Shown: piece by piece, positions 58,178-64,000 of the stretch
Position numbering within the stretch: position 1 is the stretch's first letter
Layout of the letters: each line of letters opens with the position of its first letter
From: a virus
Taxonomy: Duplodnaviria > Caudoviricetes
Strand: one strand, 5' to 3'
DNA: 64,000 nt
IMG/VR virus record: IMGVR_UViG_3300014205_000172
Location: 64,001-128,000 of that record
Notes under the pieces: model-generated
What the model was told of the DNA's origin: nothing
Databases searched by the model: none
Seen by the model: the letters and a program-made list of their open reading frames with translations, nothing else
Made by a program: the position numbers and the translations under genes

Positions 58178-58588
58178 ATGGATTTTGGCGAAGGGATCTC
58201 GCCGTATAAGCCGGGCACTCACACCTACGACATCATCCTTAACACACAGACCGATGACGACCGCACTAAGCGGCTGATTCTTCTGGAAGCCTATGACCAG
58301 ACCTTTGGCTTGTTTGACCATGTGAATGAGGGCTTCAAGCCTGAAAACCAGATGGCCATCATGCGTATGCATCCAGCCGAAGATATGGCAACAGGTAACC
58401 GTCTGCGTGGTTTGATGAGGGAGTTGGTGGCGTGTCGTATTCCTGAGATGACTAACGAACCCCTATCTAAGCTACTTGAGTATCCTTTGGATATCCTTGA
58501 GGAATATTTGGTAGAGGGTCGTAAAGCTCAGAAGCACAACGCGGGGGTAACGGCGAAACTTGAGGCGGAGTTGCAAAAACCAGCATGA
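58178..58588 (+). CDS. phiKZ gp76-like protein, probably the frameshift extension of the upstream gene
   Basis: Reading frame open from 58088; no clear SD before ATG 58178. Confidence 0.6.
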   Translation: MDFGEGISPYKPGTHTYDIILNTQTDDDRTKRLILLEAYDQTFGLFDHVNEGFKPENQMAIMRMHPAEDMATGNRLRGLMRELVACRIPEMTNEPLSKLLEYPLDILEEYLVEGRKAQKHNAGVTAKLEAELQKPA

Positions 58589-58589
58589 A

Positions 58590-58627
58590 CAGCATACACC
58601 CCCGGCTTAGTGCCGGGGGTGTATGTC
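58590..58627. repeat. Palindromic GCATA..TATGTC element
   Basis: CATACACCCCCGGC-TTAGT-GCCGGGGGTGTATG between convergent genes. Confidence 0.8.
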
Positions 58628-58631
58628 GTCA

Positions 58632-59957
58632 TCAGAACAACTTACGCAGGTTTTCACGATACTTGGAAATGTGAACATTGCCCGACACGTTGATGTTGCT
58701 TTTATTAGCTGTGAGGAATTTGTCCACTACCTTCGCAGTGGCAAGCCCACCTTCAGCTATCTTCAACGTTGCATCGTTACGGGCTTGAACCATCATCCCC
58801 AATGCCTGCTCAAGTTCAGTGAACGCAGAGACAGTAGAGGTGATGTTGGCAAAGAACGCGGTCAGGTGACGGGCATAGCTGTCTTCAAGGCCAGGCTTCA
58901 ATGAAGTCTCACTGAAGTTTGCCAGCTTATTCAGCACAGGGCCTGTCTTAGCACTCGACCATTTAATCGTCTCAATGATCTCTTTAGACCAATCCTCGAT
59001 TGTCATGGTCAACATCAGTTCAGTGTAAGCTTCCTTGCTCAGCTGACTGTGGCGGCTGGCCAACGTCTTCATGTATCCGCGGATAAAGTTGGACACCGAC
59101 TGGAACTGAGTCATGCGCTGATCCAGACGCACATTGGCCTGGGAATAACCATAGCTTTGAGCTAGGTTTGTCAGGGCGCCGTTAGTGATGCGAGCAGCTT
59201 GCAGCTGGGCAATAGCGGCTTTCACATCTTCTTCGGTCTCAGCCTTGACCAGCTCGTCCATGAAGATATCGACTGATTCAATGAATGGCGGGATGGCAAC
59301 TTTAAGTGCGCCCGTAAGTGCACTCAATGCAGCATTGCGATCTTCGGCACGCTCAATGAAGAAGCTGTGGATTTCACGCCAGGTCTTGTTCAGGTTGTGG
59401 CGGGTGTTTTCGATAGCGCCTTGACGAAGCTTGAGGTAATCATCAGTGATGGGCAAGCCCGTTACGGCACGATCGACTTGGATCAGGTAATCCTGAACCG
59501 CCAGCACGCGATCAGACAGGTTGTCGATTGCGATAGTGCGACGCTCATTGCCGTTGAGGAATTCCCACAGACGTGTAAATGAACGAACAATAAAGTTCAG
59601 GATATCGCGCAACACTTTAACGACAGCGTTGTAAGCGGTTTTGATAAACCCTTCCGTCGACACATCGTAGTTGATGTTGCTTGGGTCTTGAGTGAAACTA
59701 CCTACGGGATGCTTCGCCAGCATCTTCTTAAGGTTTGGGTACACCTCAGCCAAGTGCTTAACGCGCTCGATGTCATCCCGGCAAACCACACCGCGGTCTT
59801 CCACCGCATTGAGTGTAGCGAAGACAAGATCCATGTCGTTGTAATCTTGCGTGTATAAGGGATTGTCAGGCACTACACGGGTGTTCTCAAACAACTCAGA
59901 GTCAGCGATTGTTTCGCTGGATTCCATCGAGAGGTCTTCAAAGGGTACCGTAGTCAT
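58632..59957 (-). CDS. Internal head protein (phiKZ gp86-like)
   Basis: Acidic N-terminal propeptide-like region with S-x-E sites (LSMES, VSTEG), followed by an amphipathic helix. Confidence 0.55.
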   Translation of the reverse strand: MTTVPFEDLSMESSETIADSELFENTRVVPDNPLYTQDYNDMDLVFATLNAVEDRGVVCRDDIERVKHLAEVYPNLKKMLAKHPVGSFTQDPSNINYDVSTEGFIKTAYNAVVKVLRDILNFIVRSFTRLWEFLNGNERRTIAIDNLSDRVLAVQDYLIQVDRAVTGLPITDDYLKLRQGAIENTRHNLNKTWREIHSFFIERAEDRNAALSALTGALKVAIPPFIESVDIFMDELVKAETEEDVKAAIAQLQAARITNGALTNLAQSYGYSQANVRLDQRMTQFQSVSNFIRGYMKTLASRHSQLSKEAYTELMLTMTIEDWSKEIIETIKWSSAKTGPVLNKLANFSETSLKPGLEDSYARHLTAFFANITSTVSAFTELEQALGMMVQARNDATLKIAEGGLATAKVVDKFLTANKSNINVSGNVHISKYRENLRKLF

Positions 59958-59992
59958 TTCTCGTCCTTCTTAATTATCGTGAGAAGGCGGCC

Positions 59993-60436
59993 TTAAGCCG
60001 CTTCTTTTACAATCTGACTTTTCAGCAGATTGATCGTTTCGGTGATCTTGCCTGCATCGAGACACAGCTTGTCAAACTCAGGCACCATACTACCGAAGAC
60101 CGAGCCGAACAGCTTTTCGCCATGCAGCAAATCCATTGGCGAGCAGTCGTAAGCAATCTCGTAACGGCGCTGATAGATCTTGTACGCCAGTTGCAATGCG
60201 CGATCGATCTCGAATGGAATGATCTCGTTGATCTCGTACATGCAGGATTGGTACTGTTCGATGTTGTCGAAGAAATAACCCTGCAGGTTAGAGAGTGGTA
60301 CCTCATTACCTGGCAGATGTACCACACCGCCCACCGCCATGGCAATGACCACGGTGACGTGCTGACGCAAGCAGGTCTGATCGAAACCGCTAGGGAGGTT
60401 GTTGAAGTGACCATGAACAGCAATCGGGTTAAGCAT
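59993..60436 (-). CDS. Virion protein (phiKZ gp85-like)
   Basis: 147 aa, between the gp84-like and gp86-like genes. Confidence 0.5.
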   Translation of the reverse strand: MLNPIAVHGHFNNLPSGFDQTCLRQHVTVVIAMAVGGVVHLPGNEVPLSNLQGYFFDNIEQYQSCMYEINEIIPFEIDRALQLAYKIYQRRYEIAYDCSPMDLLHGEKLFGSVFGSMVPEFDKLCLDAGKITETINLLKSQIVKEAA

Positions 60437-60441
60437 GAGAC

Positions 60442-61740
60442 TTACCTTTGATGAGTGGCGGAGAATTCAAAAAAGCGATTATTAGCGAGGTTTTCTTTCA
60501 TCTGATTCGCACCGATGACGTGATGCTTACCCGATACCACATCCAACACGTATGCGGAAAGCTGCGACATAACGTTAGAAAATGGATGAACGTTCCCTGC
60601 TTCGGCGTCAATAACCTTCAGATCTTCCAACGCCCGTTCACGCACATCCTTAGGAAGATCTTTATCTTTCAGCAGATGTACGATCTCATTACGAATGCCT
60701 TGAATGCGAGCACGCATTGGCGGGTGTGTGTCCGGAGACAGTCCGTAGGTAGTGCCGCCCAGAAAGAAGCTGACCGAAAAACTAACTGCCAGCCGGCGAA
60801 TAACTTGTAGAACAGCGGCGGAACCGCCTGCGGCCAACGTAACGCCATACGGTAGCAATACAAAGTTGAGCAGGTTACCCAGGACCCCCAGCCACATGTT
60901 GTCGTAACCACCCTCGGCGCTAAACCCTTTAGCGCGTTCCAACTTACCCAGTGCTACCACCAGATCTTTACCCATACCCCAGCGTGCGGCAAATTGATCG
61001 GACATAGCCTCGGCAAGACGTTGGTCGTACCAGCGTGTGTCGTATGCTTTCTGCATGCGTTTGACCTGACCCTCAAGTACCAAAGCGGTGATCTCACTGC
61101 TGGTTACATTTTCGGGAATCTTCTGGTCATTCTCAGCCAACTGCAACGCGCAACGCGCCAATGCAAACTTACGAGCTTCGCTAGTCTGTACGTCCATGCG
61201 GCCAACCAACTCAGCAAGAATCATGTTGGTCAAAAGGGTTTGGCCCAAGAATTCACAGATCGCCCAAGCGTGACCTACTTCATGACCGTAAACACTTGCC
61301 AGCTCACTAGCGGTAAATGACCCATCCAACATCGATAGACTGACGCCAGACCCGAATGGGATAGTCCCATAAAAACCAGTTACCCGCCCATTCTTTCGGT
61401 CGATCGTACCTTTAAGGATATCGAGCTTAGTAACATTTTGCAGATCATATTTAGCGATCAGCGCCGATGCCTTTTCGTTGATGGGTGAGAAGGCATTGAA
61501 GTTAGGGTCCAAGACAAACATGTTAAAGGCTTTGTGATGGGGACCGTCCATCAACCGTGGGAGGATGTACAGACCAGTGGCCTGTTTAGTGACAGCACCC
61601 AGTTCTTCCAGCAGTTGATCGGTCTCAGGTCGAGCCGCTTTTATGTCAAGAATTTTCTGAAAGATGTTGGTGATGGCCTTTGGAAGATCCGCGTTTATTT
61701 GGAACGCGATGGCTTCCATTGACGCTTTATATTGACCCAT
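60442..61740 (-). CDS. Head protein with M48-like zinc metallopeptidase motifs (phiKZ gp84-like)
   Basis: ELASVYGHEVGH, E..SD (EAMSDQFA), THPPMRARI, a hydrophobic segment, and an N-terminal ASME site. Confidence 0.65.
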   Translation of the reverse strand: MGQYKASMEAIAFQINADLPKAITNIFQKILDIKAARPETDQLLEELGAVTKQATGLYILPRLMDGPHHKAFNMFVLDPNFNAFSPINEKASALIAKYDLQNVTKLDILKGTIDRKNGRVTGFYGTIPFGSGVSLSMLDGSFTASELASVYGHEVGHAWAICEFLGQTLLTNMILAELVGRMDVQTSEARKFALARCALQLAENDQKIPENVTSSEITALVLEGQVKRMQKAYDTRWYDQRLAEAMSDQFAARWGMGKDLVVALGKLERAKGFSAEGGYDNMWLGVLGNLLNFVLLPYGVTLAAGGSAAVLQVIRRLAVSFSVSFFLGGTTYGLSPDTHPPMRARIQGIRNEIVHLLKDKDLPKDVRERALEDLKVIDAEAGNVHPFSNVMSQLSAYVLDVVSGKHHVIGANQMKENLANNRFFEFSATHQR

Positions 61741-61816
61741 GACCTGACTCCAGTGAGTGGGTAGTTATCTACATAATCTGCCTATGATTTAATAGGTACT
61801 GGAGCGAGAGTCATTC

Positions 61817-63637
61817 ATGAAGAAGTTTCAAACCCCTCAGGAAATTGATGCTTATTTAAAAACGATCCCGAAAGAAAGGATTGTTTCTAAAGAGATCAAG
61901 CATGGCACTTACACAACACACGCAGATGAAGGGAACTACGACGACGCCATTGTTGCCAAGATGTGGGTGACTCTTGACACTGGCGAGCGTTATCCGACAC
62001 TGATCATTCCAGAGAACTATAAGCGTCCCTTCTGGATAACAAAGCCAGCCTTCCGTAAGAATCAGCCTGAAAAGATCCAGTTTGAATTTCTTGATCGTGT
62101 TGACATGTTTAAGTCAACTCAACGTAATCTTCGTCGAGAAATCTGCAGCAAACTTGGTTTTGGCACCCCGAGTCTTCCTTTACGTCAGATCGCACGCAGT
62201 AACTATCTTTACGGTACAGACCCAGGTCCTGAAGTATTTTTAAAACAAGCCTACACGGATAAATGGCCGAATGCCTTCCAGCCAAACGAAGTAACGGTCA
62301 TCGACGTTGAGACCGATGTGAATGGGGTGATCGACCAGACCAAGCAACTCCCTATCCTTTGGTCGGAAGTCAACGATCGTGAAGTCATCGTCTACGCTAA
62401 CGAGCAGTGGACGAAGGACATCCCAAACTACGAAGAATTGTTACGCAAAGACTATGCTGAAATCATTCCTCAGTGGGTAAGTAAACTACGGGATGGTATC
62501 AAAGACAAGAAAGGTGAGTACCCTCAGTGGGTAGACGATATCCTGAACTTGGAATTCAAAGTCGTCATGCTAAAAACGCATTTCGATATTACCAACGAGA
62601 TGTTGAAACACCTCCACTTATCGCAGCCCGACATCGTAACTGGCTGGAACGTATTCTTCGACTTTAAACGTGCGGCTGAGTCAATTGAGTATGCGGGCCG
62701 TAGTGTTAGCGACGCATTCTCAGATCCCCGTGTGCCATCGTGGTATAGAAAAGTAGTAGCTCGTGAAGGCAAGGAAACCCGTGAATCTTCCTCGGGTAAA
62801 TCGTTTCGAATGGACCCACAGGAACAATGGCACGTTGTGCTATCGACCTCTTCATTCCGCATCCTGGACTCGATGCAGATCTATTGGCAGTTGCGTAAAG
62901 CCAAGGGTAAAGAAACAGGTGGGTACAGCTTGGGGGCGGTTCTTGACCGTCAATTGAAGATTGGTAAGCTGTCTCATGAGACAGAGGATAGCGGTATCCC
63001 AGAAGGAACGCTCCACTGGCACATGGAAATGCAGCACAAGTACAAAGTCCGCTACGGTTCTTATAACGCCGTCGACTCCATTGGCGTATGGGTGCTGAAC
63101 AAAAAGAACGATGACTTGAGTAGCCAGATCAGTACACTGGCAGGTTCTCTCGATTACTCGAACTTTAACTCGCAGCCAAGGATCAACAGTACGGACATGC
63201 TTTTCTCCGTAATGCGGAAAAGTAAACGCATCATCTGCTCCACCTCTGACGAAATGAAAACCCAACTTGACCTTAAGCTTCCTGGTCGTGAAGGTTGGAT
63301 TATTGCATTCCCGTCACACAACGTTGAAGCCTCGGGCGTCTTTCTGTTTGAAGACATGCCAGAAGTTCAATCCATGCTTCACATGTTCAACGCGGATGCT
63401 GACGTGGAGACCACGTACCCTATCGCAGGGATCATCCAGAACGTGGCGAAGGAAACCACACTGGCCGAACCTTGTCGCATCCATGGCGTGTCTCAAGCTA
63501 ATCTCAAACTGATTGCCGTGAACATGTCGGGTGGTCGTGTCAACGCCGTTGAGATCATGCAGATGGCGTGTAAGATGCTTCCGATGGACGCATGGGTAGA
63601 AGAGGCCCGTAAAGACCTGTGTAAAGAGGTTGCGTAA
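61817..63637 (+). CDS. Split family-B DNA polymerase, 3'-5' exonuclease/motif-A subunit (phiKZ gp82-like)
   Basis: ExoI VIDVETD, ExoII GWNVFFD, ExoIII YNAVDS, motif A DADVETTYP. Confidence 0.87.
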   Translation: MKKFQTPQEIDAYLKTIPKERIVSKEIKHGTYTTHADEGNYDDAIVAKMWVTLDTGERYPTLIIPENYKRPFWITKPAFRKNQPEKIQFEFLDRVDMFKSTQRNLRREICSKLGFGTPSLPLRQIARSNYLYGTDPGPEVFLKQAYTDKWPNAFQPNEVTVIDVETDVNGVIDQTKQLPILWSEVNDREVIVYANEQWTKDIPNYEELLRKDYAEIIPQWVSKLRDGIKDKKGEYPQWVDDILNLEFKVVMLKTHFDITNEMLKHLHLSQPDIVTGWNVFFDFKRAAESIEYAGRSVSDAFSDPRVPSWYRKVVAREGKETRESSSGKSFRMDPQEQWHVVLSTSSFRILDSMQIYWQLRKAKGKETGGYSLGAVLDRQLKIGKLSHETEDSGIPEGTLHWHMEMQHKYKVRYGSYNAVDSIGVWVLNKKNDDLSSQISTLAGSLDYSNFNSQPRINSTDMLFSVMRKSKRIICSTSDEMKTQLDLKLPGREGWIIAFPSHNVEASGVFLFEDMPEVQSMLHMFNADADVETTYPIAGIIQNVAKETTLAEPCRIHGVSQANLKLIAVNMSGGRVNAVEIMQMACKMLPMDAWVEEARKDLCKEVA

Positions 63638-63955
63638 ATGACAGACGCTAAAGGGAAGCTTACCGACCCCGCCTGGTTAAAGAATGAGCTTAACTGGGCG
63701 AGGGGCGCCGATGCTGAAATGAAAGAAGCCATGCTGAATCGTGTTACAGGGTTTTTAAATTCTGTAAAAGATCAAAGTCATTGTGAAGCTAGTCCATTTA
63801 AGTGGACGTGCATCGCTCGACATCCAGAAGTAATGATGTTCAGTGATCAGAAGCGCTGCAGATATTGTAAACCTACCGAGATACATGAGGATGATCATCC
63901 TTTGTTTTGGCGCGGTGGACAGCCTATCTACAACGATGATCTTAGCTGGAAATAA
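63638..63955 (+). CDS. Hypothetical protein
   Basis: 105 aa abutting the polymerase stop; contains CRYC. Confidence 0.5.
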   Translation: MTDAKGKLTDPAWLKNELNWARGADAEMKEAMLNRVTGFLNSVKDQSHCEASPFKWTCIARHPEVMMFSDQKRCRYCKPTEIHEDDHPLFWRGGQPIYNDDLSWK

Positions 63956-63960
63956 CTGAA

Positions 63961-64000
63961 GCGACATAAAGCCCGGCCATTGCGGCCGGGCTTTATGCTG
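63961..64000. repeat. Palindromic element, inverted near-copy of 8872-8911
   Basis: GACATAAAGCCCGGCC-ATTGC-GGCCGGGCTTTATG. Confidence 0.8.

Noticed and set aside
1-64000. tRNA/rRNA genes, inteins, integrase, or a host defence system
   Set aside because: No cloverleaf, intein or recombinase motifs recognised by eye, and core proteins are of normal length. tRNAscan-SE and HMM scans would be needed for certainty.

Overview
Core-genome segment of a nucleus-forming phiKZ-like jumbo phage (Chimalliviridae), probably Pseudomonas-infecting (host is inferred). From left to right: the 5' part of the tail sheath gene (minus strand, runs off the window and is absent from the ORF track), three baseplate/virion genes, terminase large subunit and a gp32-like gene. 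Next come about 7 kb of accessory hypotheticals, a hairpin-rich intergenic region (candidate origin), PhuZ tubulin, and a tandem run of 11 small, mostly acidic, overlapping ORFs with a shared predicted architecture. These are followed by the polymerase half of the split family-B DNA polymerase, chimallin (ChmA), four non-virion RNAP subunits (gp55-, gp68-, gp71/73- and gp74-like), an SbcD/Mre11 nuclease, ChmC, PicA/Imp1, a free-standing GIY-YIG homing endonuclease and an SF2 helicase. The window ends with a virion RNAP beta' subunit (gp80-like), a gp77/gp76-like pair joined by a probable -1 frameshift, head proteins (gp84-86-like) and the exonuclease half of the polymerase. No tRNA, rRNA or CRISPR array was recognised. 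All phiKZ gp equivalences come from remembered motifs and synteny, not from a database search. Top leads: the 11-member paralogue-like array (possible nucleus import-adaptor repertoire), the T9 frameshift, GCATA..TATGTC palindromes at inferred inversion breakpoints, the GNA-triloop candidate origin, and an SSB-mimicking tail on ChmC.
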